From assembly GCA_047601445.1 (NCBI GenBank), contig JASGJH010000001.1, forward strand, positions 4,416,001 through 4,480,000: DNA of 64,000 bases, in the 5' to 3' direction. The stretch comes from Myxococcales bacterium (GTDB lineage: Bacteria; Myxococcota_A; Polyangia; Polyangiales; DASUME01). Under the pieces are notes generated by a model. That model saw only the letters and a program-made list of their open reading frames with translations. It made no database searches and was not told the origin of the DNA. Shown here one piece after another: positions 1-9,879 of this stretch. Made by a program: the position numbers and the translations under genes. Positions within the stretch are counted from its first letter, which is position 1. Each line of letters opens with the position of its first letter.

Positions 1-1283
1 GCCTCTGTCTTCGCGGCTCGTTCGGCGCGGCCTGCAGTCACTGCCCTGGCCTCCGCATTGGCAACTTCGCTCAATGTCATGCCGACGGCATCGTCTGCTT
101 CGACTCGTCTATTTCTGGCTTCGTCGAGAGCCACGCGTGCATCTCGCAGTCGTTGCCCCAGCGTATCGACATCTTGAGCGTCTCTCGTCGAATCGTCGCG
201 AAGGCTGTGAAGTACGTGATCGACCGTGGCAGCACGCTTTGTGTCCTCAGCCGACACCGCAACGTAGCTCCTGGCCAGCATCACCCAAGTTCGGTCAGCG
301 ACCGAATCCGCGGCGGCAGGATCTCGCGTCACTCGAACAGCAAGCTCAAACGCTCGGCCCTTGTCCATCTCGCTAGCCTCCTTCCCTTGCTCCTCCAGGT
401 AAAACCTGTGGTCGGCTCGCTCCAACATCCCGAGCATCCCGGATGGATCTGACGAGTTTCCCAGGAGATTTGTTCTGAGCCTCTCAGCACCTTCGTCGCC
501 GGAAGCTCGGTCAGGGGGGTCGCCGCTGTGCGTTGCTGGAGCGTCCCTGTGCACCAAGGACGCGAGGGGGCCATGGCCGGCCACGGTCCCCCCCACAAAA
601 AGGCACAGCAGAATCACCGCCAGGATCTGCGCGGCGCGCTCCCACATCTGGGAAATGCGACGGGACATCTTCGCCTGAGAGATGCCCATTTCAGCGCCGA
701 TCTCGTCACGGTCCTTCTGATTCGCAAGCCCTTCGAGGATGCGCTTGTCGTCGTTGTCGAGGGCGACCTCGTCGAGGCGCGCACGGAGACGGCTGAACGG
801 AATCCGCTCGTCCGCACCGAGTTGCGCCATGGCGAACTGCGCCGCGCTCGGCGCATACTGCCCGTCGAGCAACGGCTCGGGAGGAACCATCACGTCGTGC
901 TTCGACTCGACGGTGTTTTCCTCGAGCAGTTCAGCTCGGCGTTGGTTCTTTTCGGCGAGCTTCACGGCGATGCCACGCGCGATGGTACAGAACCACCCGT
1001 ACATGGAGCCCTTCGACTTGCCGGCGCTGACAGACCCGAAGTAATTGGCTAGCCACTCCGTCTTCCAGCACTTCACGGCGACCTGCACCGCGATGTCGCC
1101 GCGGACGCTCGGATCAAACACGGAACGGCGCACCGCCTTGGCGATGGCCCTCTTGAATTGCTCCCAGACCGTGCGGCGTAGCTTCGGATCGGTCAGCACC
1201 TCGCGAAGGTGAAGCCACGGGGCCGTCGGCGGCTTGGCGAAGAAGTGATCCACCGTAATCGAGACCAACGTTGCGGAACTCAT
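1..1283 (-). CDS. ECF-like sigma factor with a transmembrane helix and C-terminal extension (3' end beyond the window edge)
   Basis: Translated by hand; it is absent from the ORF track because there is no stop in the window. ATG at 1283 follows a GGAGG RBS. Sequence: MSSATLVSITVDHFF...SMYGWFCTIARGIAVKL (region-2-like)...LDNDDKRILEGLANQKDRDEIGAEMGISQAKMSRRISQMWERA (region-4 HTH), then hydrophobic QILAVILLCLFVGGTVAG. The frame stays open to base 1. Confidence 0.7.
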   Translation of the reverse strand, partial: MSSATLVSITVDHFFAKPPTAPWLHLREVLTDPKLRRTVWEQFKRAIAKAVRRSVFDPSVRGDIAVQVAVKCWKTEWLANYFGSVSAGKSKGSMYGWFCTIARGIAVKLAEKNQRRAELLEENTVESKHDVMVPPEPLLDGQYAPSAAQFAMAQLGADERIPFSRLRARLDEVALDNDDKRILEGLANQKDRDEIGAEMGISQAKMSRRISQMWERAAQILAVILLCLFVGGTVAGHGPLASLVHRDAPATHSGDPPDRASGDEGAERLRTNLLGNSSDPSGMLGMLERADHRFYLEEQGKEASEMDKGRAFELAVRVTRDPAAADSVADRTWVMLARSYVAVSAEDTKRAATVDHVLHSLRDDSTRDAQDVDTLGQRLRDARVALDEARNRRVEADDAVGMTLSEVANAEARAVTAGRAERAAKTE

Positions 1284-1563
1284 CGGAGCCTCCCAAACGA
1301 ACATCGTGTTGCAGCGACGAAAAATCCTGTCGGACGAGTCCGCTCCGAGGCCACGCCCGTTCACTGAGCGTTTCCCTGCGACCACCGACTTTTTGCACGC
1401 GTCCCTTCCCTTTGTTGAAGGGCACGCAGTTGCTCTGTGCGAGGGCATGAACGGCTCAGCCGTTCGGCTGTCGGAGCGGCGAGAGAGTCCGCAGTTCAGC
1501 GGAATCTCGTCAGCCGTTCAGCGTGCACACCGAGGCCGCAATGCCTGGGCCTGGCTTGCCGGT

Positions 1564-1860
1564 CTACAGCTCCCGAGGGAGATGCTCGTACCAGGTCTCG
1601 TCAGGGTAAGGCAGCGGGCAGCATCCTGCCTCGGGGCCTCGCTCGCAGCCGAGCCGGTCGTAGCAACGCGGCTGGAGACAGTCCCGGTAGTTGCCCTCGA
1701 GGCACGAGCGCGGCCGCTCCGGAAAGCAGTCCGTGGGGGCCTCGAAGGAACCCACGCGCGGCGGTTCCGCCTGCTGCTCCTGCGCTTGGGCGTTGCTGGA
1801 CGAGGTGGCCAAGAGCAGTCCACCCAACAGCATCGCGTACTTGATGATGTTCTTCGACAT
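1564..1860 (-). CDS. small secreted Cys-rich protein
   Basis: GGAGG RBS; signal peptide MSKNIIKYAMLLGGLLLATSSSNAQA; 7 Cys in the mature part. Confidence 0.7.
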   Translation of the reverse strand: MSKNIIKYAMLLGGLLLATSSSNAQAQEQQAEPPRVGSFEAPTDCFPERPRSCLEGNYRDCLQPRCYDRLGCERGPEAGCCPLPYPDETWYEHLPREL

Positions 1861-1947
1861 GACCCAAACCTCCCTCTTTGAGACCGCCCCCCTCGCCACC
1901 ATGAAGATGGGAGGGGGAAGTCAGCCAATCAGCTCCGCCCAGACACC

Positions 1948-2208
1948 TCAGTTGCCGCGGTTGTAATCACGCTCGATCTCGCGAGCGCGGTCGGGCGACG
2001 CTCGCTCGGCAGCCGAAGCTGCTTCCCGAGCAGCCCGCTCACCCGCCGCGTCACCGCGGTTCGCCGCGCGGTCGCCGTCGCGATTGATGCGCTCAGCGGC
2101 CTCGTGGCCCTCGTCAGCGCGGACACTGCCGACGCCAGTGCCCGCCAGTGCGAGGCCCATGGCAGCCAACAGAACCGCCCTGCGCATGATGTTCGTCTTG
2201 GTCTTCAT
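1948..2208 (-). CDS. small secreted helical Ala/Arg/Glu-rich protein
   Basis: Signal peptide MKTKTNIMRRAVLLAAMGLALAGTGVGSVRA followed by a charged helical repeat. Confidence 0.65.
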   Translation of the reverse strand: MKTKTNIMRRAVLLAAMGLALAGTGVGSVRADEGHEAAERINRDGDRAANRGDAAGERAAREAASAAERASPDRAREIERDYNRGN

Positions 2209-2296
2209 GTTCCGCTCCCTCTTCGTTCGTGCGCCGGTCCCGCTGACCGACACACAGAAAACGTACATGAAGGAGAGTTCACGCGCAACACTTAAT

Positions 2297-2438
2297 ATTC
2301 ATGCACTCTTCATGAATTACGTTAACACATTGATATCATACGAGTTTATTGCGGATGAAAGTTTTGCGCTTACATGGGGGTTCACGAGCGTGCAGGGATT
2401 TAACCGGCACTCACCTTGAACTTCACATGAACTTCATG
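2297..2438. promoter_or_regulatory. AT-rich divergent intergenic region with TTCATG/CATGAA operator-like palindromes
   Basis: ATTCATG-N7-CATGAAT at 2297-2317 and CATGAA-C-TTCATG at 2426-2438. TTCATGCACT occurs twice, directly upstream of an HTH gene. Confidence 0.5.
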
Positions 2439-2450
2439 CACTTTTACTGC

Positions 2451-3512
2451 ATGCTCCTTCCCGACAACGACCTTATCGACCAGGCCAAGCGGCTAGCTGG
2501 CGGGACGCAACGTGATCTCGCTGAGCAGCTGGGCGTTACCCCTGCGGCGATTTCGAACTGGTTGCGCGCTGGTCGAATTCCCGATGAACCGCGCGATCGA
2601 CTGCTCGCGTTGATCCGAGAGCGTGGCTCCGAACCGGCTGCAGCCGTGCGCGAGCCTCGAGATGCCGACGAGATACCCGAGCTACTTTGGCAAAGCCGGC
2701 GCGGCGATATCGAGCAAACTCGAATGTGGTCGCGCGGCGCATGGTGCTTCAACTACGTCCACGCACCGACCAACGGCTCGTCCGACTTTACCAGCATCGA
2801 CGTATGGCGAGCCTGGGAGCAGCTCCATACGCTGCCATCGTCCGGCAAGACGCACGTTTCCTTTCGCCATTGGCTTTCGGCTGAGTTCGACGAGTCCAGC
2901 AACACAAAGCCGGCGCCAAAGGGTTGGGGATTCCTCGAGGCGGATCACGTGTCCGGCGAGGTTCGCCACGAGGGCCGCAAGAGCGTTCCTGCTCCCCCCA
3001 ACATGGACATGCGACGACACAAAAACGTGCTCTACGTCGCTGCCCACAAACGGCTTCCTATCGGTACGGCCTACGAGAGTGGCGGCTATCACGTCAGCAC
3101 ACCCGGAGGAATACGGAGCAAGCGCAGCAAAGAGCAATCGATGGAGTTCGTTGCGTTCAGCCCCGGCTGCCCTACCGAAACGGCTCACGTATTAGTCAGC
3201 ATTCCCAGGAATGCCTATGCGCATCCGACCGCGTGCACGATCCACGCGCCCTATCAGCTCCTCTACGAGCTAGCCCAGCTCGCCGGCCAACCTGGCGCAC
3301 TAAGTAGCGTCGAGGAATTCATTGAACCTTGGGGAAAGCAGCTCCTGGTGCAACGCTGGGACTCGCCACCTTCAACGCTATTCGAGACGTTGCAACCAGA
3401 GCTTCCTAGTGATTTCTTCGGTGGCGGTCCTGACGCTCGCGACTGCCTTCATATCGCCGTGACGGTCCCGAACCCGCTGGTCCGCATCGCGATCCTCTGG
3501 GACATACGATAA
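2451..3512 (+). CDS. Cro/C1 (XRE)-type HTH protein with a large unknown C-terminal domain
   Basis: GTQRDLAEQLGVTPAAISNWLRAGRIP HTH motif; start uncertain (ORF open from 2349). Confidence 0.75.
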   Translation: MLLPDNDLIDQAKRLAGGTQRDLAEQLGVTPAAISNWLRAGRIPDEPRDRLLALIRERGSEPAAAVREPRDADEIPELLWQSRRGDIEQTRMWSRGAWCFNYVHAPTNGSSDFTSIDVWRAWEQLHTLPSSGKTHVSFRHWLSAEFDESSNTKPAPKGWGFLEADHVSGEVRHEGRKSVPAPPNMDMRRHKNVLYVAAHKRLPIGTAYESGGYHVSTPGGIRSKRSKEQSMEFVAFSPGCPTETAHVLVSIPRNAYAHPTACTIHAPYQLLYELAQLAGQPGALSSVEEFIEPWGKQLLVQRWDSPPSTLFETLQPELPSDFFGGGPDARDCLHIAVTVPNPLVRIAILWDIR

Positions 3513-3606
3513 TTGAGAGGCGACGTGGCATATACTCAGGTCAGGAGTACGCTTGGCCGCATCAGGAGGTGCGGAAAGGTCATAGTCAACCTTTCTGCGC
3601 GCATGA

Positions 3607-4626
3607 ATGGCGTCATTCGATGGTTTGTCCACTCGAACTAAGACCCACCTCAAGCTCGGTGCCATCGGCATCTGCGTCATGGCGCTGTGGGCCCTGTACG
3701 GGGTTGCGATTGGGAAGCTCACCCGCGTAACGGGAGGCGCCCCGATTCGGGCTCAGATTGAAGTGCTCGCGATGACGCTCGCACTCATCGTGCTCGAGAC
3801 CGGGTGCATCGCCTACTGGCAAAGCAACCATGTCGAGGGTCGCGAGCGCATCGCGCGCTGCCTGAGGAGCCACTACAAGGAGTTGGTCGCCCTGGGCCTG
3901 CTCACGTGTTTGGCGGCCCCTCTCTGGGTGCTGGCTATCATCTGGCTGGGCGATGCCAAGGTGGCCAACTGGATCGACCTCGGCAGCGCTCCCCTCTTCA
4001 CGGTGGCCTTTGCGTGGATGGTCCAGCTGTCGCGTGGCGGACGGCTGCCCAGGCACATCGCGAGCTACCTCAATCCCATTCTCTTGGCACTCGGGATGCT
4101 CGTGATCGTTTGGGAGCCCCTTTCCAGCGCTGGAGAATGGAAGACGGCCGGGGTCATCATCGCGGTCGTTAGCGGTCTCGGTACCGCCCTTGCCGCGGGG
4201 ACGCTGTCCAAGCTCACGAAGGTCGAAGGCCAGAAGCTCACCTCGATGGAGCTCGTGGCCCTGCGCCATGCCCTGCCAGCGGTGATCGTGTCGCTCATCT
4301 GGGTGGCCTACGCCTTGATTGAGCAAGACCTTTCTGTCGCGGCGCGGGTCTATGGCCTCGATAACCTGTTGTATCTGCTCCTGGCATGCACGTTCTTGAA
4401 CGTGGTGCCCAATGTCCTCTACGTGCGGTTCATCAAGGGACAGGGCTGGGAAGCCGCTGGCTACCTCTGGGCCCTTCTCCCGTGTTTCACGACGATCGTC
4501 GCGCTCTTCGCGGAGGAGAAAGTCGTGCTGTCCGAAACCGCCATCATCGGTGGAGTGCTTCTCCTGCTGGGATACGCGCTCAACACGTTCGCGGATACCG
4601 TGGAGAGCGCGCCGACTGGGGCGTAG
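3607..4626 (+). CDS. EamA/DMT-family membrane transporter-like protein
   Basis: About 10 hydrophobic helices in two repeats; DMT-like C-terminus (AAGYLWALLPCFTTIVALF.EE...IIGGVLLLLG). Confidence 0.7.
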   Translation: MASFDGLSTRTKTHLKLGAIGICVMALWALYGVAIGKLTRVTGGAPIRAQIEVLAMTLALIVLETGCIAYWQSNHVEGRERIARCLRSHYKELVALGLLTCLAAPLWVLAIIWLGDAKVANWIDLGSAPLFTVAFAWMVQLSRGGRLPRHIASYLNPILLALGMLVIVWEPLSSAGEWKTAGVIIAVVSGLGTALAAGTLSKLTKVEGQKLTSMELVALRHALPAVIVSLIWVAYALIEQDLSVAARVYGLDNLLYLLLACTFLNVVPNVLYVRFIKGQGWEAAGYLWALLPCFTTIVALFAEEKVVLSETAIIGGVLLLLGYALNTFADTVESAPTGA

Positions 4627-4778
4627 CGCTAGGTCCCTTCGGGTTTCGGCGCGCACGCAAATCGCGGTGGGCCATAAGGGCTGCCGGTCGAAGGCATCGA
4701 CTGAGGGTCAGGTGCTGCCGACGGCCGTGTCACGGCTGCACCTACCCGTTCGGGTAGGATAGCAAGGGAGCTCTCGCC

Positions 4779-6692
4779 ATGGATCAACGCAAGCCACTAT
4801 TCCCCGCTTTGTCCCTCGACGATGTCCGCGAACGGCTCGGAGATGCACTGCCGCTGGACCTCTCGAGGCAGTTCCAGTTTTCCGAGGAGCACGAAGAACA
4901 GCGTGTACGTGACATTCGGGAGACGGTCGCTCCGGGAATGACATTTGCGGATTTCTGCGACGCGCGACTGCGCGCAGCGGCCGAGAACCCAATCCAGGTA
5001 GCGGAGGAGGAGTACCTACGAGAGACCGAGCAGGTTGAACCCGCACAAGGCGGATTGGATGTACTTAACTGGTCCGCGGAATATGTGCTGGAGATGAGCT
5101 CCGCGAGCTTCTCGGAGCACGCGCTCATTCAACACTTCGAACGATTTCGCGACTACGTGACGCAGATCTTGAGCGACCTTGCCAGGCCGAATCGAGAGTC
5201 ATTGGAACAGGGCGAGATGCTCGTTTTCATGATCGTATCGCCCGTAATCAAATGGCACCAGCACCTACAAGAGACGTCGCGCGAAGCAATCGTTGTCCTT
5301 CTCGAAGGCGCCATAGGCGCCATCAGCAAGGCGTTGCTGTCGGGAAATCCGGACCATGACTTACTCGATGCTCAGAACCATCTTCTCTACTACTACGACG
5401 TCATCATCCGAAGACTCGAGGTGGGGCCGCATCCGAACATCATCATTCGCCACCTGCGGATCCTAAGAAGCGTCAGACCATCGATCTGGGCCTCGGTCCC
5501 TGCACGAACCAGGGTGCAATACGCGCAGGTCGTCCTCGTTTGCATGTGCATGCACTTCGACCCGAGCAAGCCGTTCGCCACGAGCATGTCGTTTGAATAT
5601 TCGACGATGCTGGACTTCCGAAATGTGCTCGACGACGCCATTCGGTCGCCAGACGGCGCTCCGTTCCACGACCTCGACTTCTTGTTCAAGTGGTTCCTCG
5701 ACAAGCTCGAGACCGATGTTTTCAGCGGCCGCCACAGAATCAAGAGAGCGCCGAATCTGGCGGCTTTAAGCGAAGGGGAGAAGGCGGCAGTAGTCGAGCT
5801 GTACCGAAAGTTCTCTACCTACCGTACCTCGATCACGGTCGGGCACGTCGAAGCATTCTTGCTTCAGTTTGGAACGACGACTCGCATCCGCGCAGCTCTC
5901 CGGCTACTTGGACATACCAGATTCTACCCTCTTTGGGAGCTAGCCGAATCAATTCAACGGCTCCTTGGGCAGTGCCTGGAGGAGGAAAAGGGATCGCAAC
6001 TCGTCGTCGCCCCACTCGGAAGCGAACGCGGCAGCAAGGACATCATTGAATACCTGGCCTCGCACTCTCCACTGGGCAAGGAAATCCTGTTCGTCACGAA
6101 CGTGTCAGCCGCTCTTGCCGCAACTCGTGACTCCGGAACGATTCATTTCATCGATGATTGCCTCATCACGGCAACACAAACATTGAACACGCTTGGCGAC
6201 CTTACGGGCACACGCCAACGGAAACCACACCACACGGCGCATGTCGCTACTCTCGACGCTGCCGAACTTTCAGCGCTGCAGCAGCGCAAGCTGCGATTCC
6301 TATTCTGCGTTGCCACCGACAAAGGCACCGAGAGAGTTCGCAAGGAGATCAGCGCCGCGCGCCTCGACCCCGGCATGATTGACATTCGCTCAGGAGTCGT
6401 CGAGCCCATCTCAGCCAAGGCCTTCGACCCGATGGGACCTGTGCCCTGGGCGAGCATTTCTGAACGCGAAGAACTGAAGGAGTTCGCGCAAGCGGTTGGC
6501 TACGACATCCTGGCCGAAGCTGCAGCAGAGAAAGGTTGGAGCGACGGCCGACGCAAAGAGAGCGCGCTGGGATACTCGGACCTTCAGCGCTTGCTGGTAT
6601 TCCCTTACAACGTTCCAAAGTCGACTGTGACGCTGCTCTGGGGACGAGGGGGATCGATGGGCTGGAAGCCGCTGTTTCTCGGCTCCGACTAG
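4779..6692 (+). CDS. phosphoribosyltransferase-like (PRTase-CE type) protein with an N-terminal helical region
   Basis: VEAFLLQF...AALRLL..TRFY, IHFIDDCLITATQ (PRPP-loop variant) and LGYSDLQRLLVFPYNVPKSTVTLLW match the PRTase-CE pattern. Confidence 0.7.
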   Translation: MDQRKPLFPALSLDDVRERLGDALPLDLSRQFQFSEEHEEQRVRDIRETVAPGMTFADFCDARLRAAAENPIQVAEEEYLRETEQVEPAQGGLDVLNWSAEYVLEMSSASFSEHALIQHFERFRDYVTQILSDLARPNRESLEQGEMLVFMIVSPVIKWHQHLQETSREAIVVLLEGAIGAISKALLSGNPDHDLLDAQNHLLYYYDVIIRRLEVGPHPNIIIRHLRILRSVRPSIWASVPARTRVQYAQVVLVCMCMHFDPSKPFATSMSFEYSTMLDFRNVLDDAIRSPDGAPFHDLDFLFKWFLDKLETDVFSGRHRIKRAPNLAALSEGEKAAVVELYRKFSTYRTSITVGHVEAFLLQFGTTTRIRAALRLLGHTRFYPLWELAESIQRLLGQCLEEEKGSQLVVAPLGSERGSKDIIEYLASHSPLGKEILFVTNVSAALAATRDSGTIHFIDDCLITATQTLNTLGDLTGTRQRKPHHTAHVATLDAAELSALQQRKLRFLFCVATDKGTERVRKEISAARLDPGMIDIRSGVVEPISAKAFDPMGPVPWASISEREELKEFAQAVGYDILAEAAAEKGWSDGRRKESALGYSDLQRLLVFPYNVPKSTVTLLWGRGGSMGWKPLFLGSD

Positions 6693-6734
6693 GGCTCACC
6701 GCCCCGGTTGCCATCGCTTGGATGCGCAGCCCCC

Positions 6735-7913
6735 TCAGAAGCACGCGTCGTTCGTGCACCCATTCGTGCAATCGGCGAGCACCGCGCTGACAGCACACAA
6801 CGACAGCGGACCGCACATAACCATGGCGACGGTGAGGTCATGCCCCGCGCACTCGTTGTAGTTCGGCGGGCACTCCGCGTCCGTGGTGCAAGGGATGCCG
6901 CAAGCCCACTGCTCGGCGGCACTGGTGTCGTAGTCGACGCAGGTCTGGGCGAACCCTCGCCAGGGGTCGCAGCTGACGCAGCTGAGCGTGCCGCCACAGC
7001 CGTCAGGCAGGGAGGGATGGCAAACGACGCTGGCCTCGCTTAGCGCCTGGGCGCAGGTCTTGGGCACGCACGGAGGCGGGGCGCACACGTTGTTGGTGCA
7101 GACCTCGTTGCCGCCGCAGCCCTTGGCGCACTCGGACGTCAGGTCGTGCGGGACGCCGCACGCGTCCATCACCACGCCGCAGCTGGCCGACGTCGCGCAA
7201 CCAAAGTTGGAGACGCACGCATCGAGGCCTGCCATGCCGCCGGTTCCTGCGTCCAACAGTGGCGGGGGTTCAGGCGTGCTGGCGTCCATCTTGGGCAGCC
7301 CGGCATCGGCGCCTGCGTCGTCGGCGGGCAGAGGGCGCGGCTCGGAGCTCTCGAGCAGGATCAAGACACTGAAGTGCTTGAGCTCGATGGTGGCCTTGTC
7401 GTTGTCTACCTTGGCCATGCCAGCTGGCTTCCAAACCGTGTCCTTCTCATCGTCCAGGTAGGCGAACGTGAGCTTCTTCTGGTCGGCGCCCTTCGAGACG
7501 GGAACCTTGAGGGTCACGGCCTCCTTGAACACCGTGCCGTGCGGCGTGAGCACGTAGGGTGCCGAGGCGGGTGTGTCCTTTTCATCGAGGGTCTTCACCA
7601 GTTCGACCGCGACGTTGTCCTTGGGACGCACGATGCTGATCTCGATGTCCTTCTCGACCGCACCCGGCGCGATGCTGAGTTCCGCGCCGGACTTCAGACT
7701 GAGCATGCCGCCCTTGTCGGAGGTCACGAGGGCCGAGCTCGCCTGACCAGCGCTCGCACCATCGTCGATGCCGAGCAAGGCCCCCTTCTGCGGAGTCTCC
7801 GAGCTGCAGGCCGCGGACAGCAAGAGCACGAGTGTAGTCAACGTGAGGCAGGCTCGATGCGTGGCAGTCGAAGGCTGCGCGTGGGCGCGTGAACGAATAG
7901 GCGTCAGGGTCAC
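6735..7913 (-). CDS. lipoprotein with a ZU5-like domain and Cys-rich C-terminus
   Basis: Lipobox LSAAC; GGMLSL..GAELSIAPGAV...PYVLTPHGTVFKEAVTL...LKHFS; Cys-rich tail. Confidence 0.75.
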   Translation of the reverse strand: MTLTPIRSRAHAQPSTATHRACLTLTTLVLLLSAACSSETPQKGALLGIDDGASAGQASSALVTSDKGGMLSLKSGAELSIAPGAVEKDIEISIVRPKDNVAVELVKTLDEKDTPASAPYVLTPHGTVFKEAVTLKVPVSKGADQKKLTFAYLDDEKDTVWKPAGMAKVDNDKATIELKHFSVLILLESSEPRPLPADDAGADAGLPKMDASTPEPPPLLDAGTGGMAGLDACVSNFGCATSASCGVVMDACGVPHDLTSECAKGCGGNEVCTNNVCAPPPCVPKTCAQALSEASVVCHPSLPDGCGGTLSCVSCDPWRGFAQTCVDYDTSAAEQWACGIPCTTDAECPPNYNECAGHDLTVAMVMCGPLSLCAVSAVLADCTNGCTNDACF

Positions 7914-8145
7914 GACATGCTCTCGGGTGCGGGCAGAACTGCGGGGGATGGTATCTGCTCCGAATGGCCGGGTCGATGAGACGCACTGCGGCCCGGGCCC
8001 CAGAGAGGCAGGTCTGCGAGGGGTCTCACACTCTCGCGCGGCCTGCCGAGGTCGCCAGCGCGTCCCTTGGGCCCGCGGACATGAACCGGCAATGGAATCT
8101 GGAATTGCCCCAGTGAGACCGAGCGCCGCTTCGACCTGAACCGGT

Positions 8146-9879
8146 CTAGCTCGTCACCGCGTCTGGTTCCGGCTCTGGCTCCTGCGACCCACCGCTCACC
8201 GCCTGCGCGAGCAGCATGTCCCGCAGGTCCGCCAGGCTGTGCTCCAGGACCTCGTAGGAGAGCTGCAGGCTGGCCACCATGGCTTGCATGTCTTCGAGCT
8301 CGAACGGCTGGTTGGCTTGGATTCGCTGGTGCGCGAGCTGAACCGCTGCCAGCAGCGTGGCCTGCAGGCCGGTGAGGTGCGGCGCGAGCTCCGAGTCACC
8401 ATGCTCCTGGATCCACGCCAGGCCACGGTCCCACCACGGGCTCTCCGCGATGCCACGAAACAGCGTGAGCAGCGCCTGCGCCGGGTCCTGCTTCTCTTCG
8501 GTCGGGCCGGCGCTCAGCTGGGCCAGGAAGCCCCCCACGAAGGTGGCGAGCTCGTCGTTGTCCCGGCGGGCCTTGGCTCCAGTCAACCAGCGATTGCCGA
8601 TCGCAATCGCCGCGTGGCGCGCGAGCGTCCAGGCAGCCTGCTGAGTCTCGGAAAGCTGACGGGCGGGCTTCCACGCGAGCCAGGTACCCACGGTGGTCGT
8701 GCGAGAGAGGAGGTCGCGTAGCTCGGGCGCGATCACCACGCGCTCGCCTGCGTGCTGCAGGATGTGCCAGCTCGAGCGCAACAGGGGAGGCCGGGTGACG
8801 GTAATCGGCGAGCTCCATGGCTCCAGCTTCGCGTGCAAAGCGGCGACGTCGGGGAACTCTGCTCCGAGTTGAGCGGTGAGTCGAAGCACGGCTTCCCTGA
8901 GCAGTAAGGGGTTCACGCTGATCCGTGGTCCGACGTCCTCCTCGTCCGCGGGTGCTTGGTCGGGGGGATGCAGCGCCAGGTGTGCCGCCAGAAGGCCAAG
9001 CATGGGCGCATTTAGGTGAAACCTGAGGAACTCTTGGAGGAGGTTCTCGGCGAGGCCGGTGCGGCGCCGCGAATACGCGCGCCGAGCGATCTCCGTCGCC
9101 CGCAAGTCGCGGGCGTCGGCCTGAAAGGGCATTCCAGGCCGCGTGATCACCAGCGCGCGGTCTCGCAGATCGACCGTGCTCGCATGCTCGATCTTCGGAT
9201 CCACCTGAATCTCGAAGAAGATCTGCGTCTCGTGGGCGGCTTCCACGAGCACGGGTATCGCGACCGGAGCCTCCCCCGGGAGCTCGGCGATGAGCGCGTA
9301 CCAGCCCGGTTCGAGCGCCAGGTGGCAAGTGAGGTAGCCCATGTCCGGATCGAACCTGGCCACGCTGACCAGCGGCACCACCGTCTCTTCCGTGGCCCGT
9401 TGGAGTGAGAAGCTCTGAAACGCCCGCCGATAGCGGCCCTGGATCTCTTTGGAGGCTCCGCGCTGCGTAAAGTTGGCGCTGCCCGGGTCGCGCACGCTGA
9501 CGAGCAGGGTCCCGCCCGTTCCGAGGCCAACGTCTCGAGCTTGCGTTTGCGTCGCCGCGGCCACGGCGGCCTGGTGGTACTCGTGACTCGTGGACGTACC
9601 GCGTAGCGGCACCGCGCTGCGGAACTCGACGCCGGGAACGCCCACCGTCACGTCCTTGCCATCGCCCTTCACCACGAACCGTGATTCCACGCTCTGGCCA
9701 GCCAGGATCGCGCGCACCTTGTACACGCCTGGAGAGAGCGCGAACGTGCATCTCCCCACGGCGCGCTCGACGACGTGAAAGCGCGCATCGATCACACGGA
9801 CTTCCGCCAAAGACTCGCCGGGGTCGATGGTCACCGACGACGGCCGGTCGGGCACGTCGTCGTTCTCAAAGGTCGACAT
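8146..9879 (-). CDS. uncharacterised caspase-associated protein (predicted beta-sandwich + helical domains)
   Basis: 577-aa ORF overlapping the caspase stop by 14 nt; two LxPGxY-containing beta segments; PMLGLLAAHL helix; no signal peptide. Confidence 0.75.
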   Translation of the reverse strand: MSTFENDDVPDRPSSVTIDPGESLAEVRVIDARFHVVERAVGRCTFALSPGVYKVRAILAGQSVESRFVVKGDGKDVTVGVPGVEFRSAVPLRGTSTSHEYHQAAVAAATQTQARDVGLGTGGTLLVSVRDPGSANFTQRGASKEIQGRYRRAFQSFSLQRATEETVVPLVSVARFDPDMGYLTCHLALEPGWYALIAELPGEAPVAIPVLVEAAHETQIFFEIQVDPKIEHASTVDLRDRALVITRPGMPFQADARDLRATEIARRAYSRRRTGLAENLLQEFLRFHLNAPMLGLLAAHLALHPPDQAPADEEDVGPRISVNPLLLREAVLRLTAQLGAEFPDVAALHAKLEPWSSPITVTRPPLLRSSWHILQHAGERVVIAPELRDLLSRTTTVGTWLAWKPARQLSETQQAAWTLARHAAIAIGNRWLTGAKARRDNDELATFVGGFLAQLSAGPTEEKQDPAQALLTLFRGIAESPWWDRGLAWIQEHGDSELAPHLTGLQATLLAAVQLAHQRIQANQPFELEDMQAMVASLQLSYEVLEHSLADLRDMLLAQAVSGGSQEPEPEPDAVTS

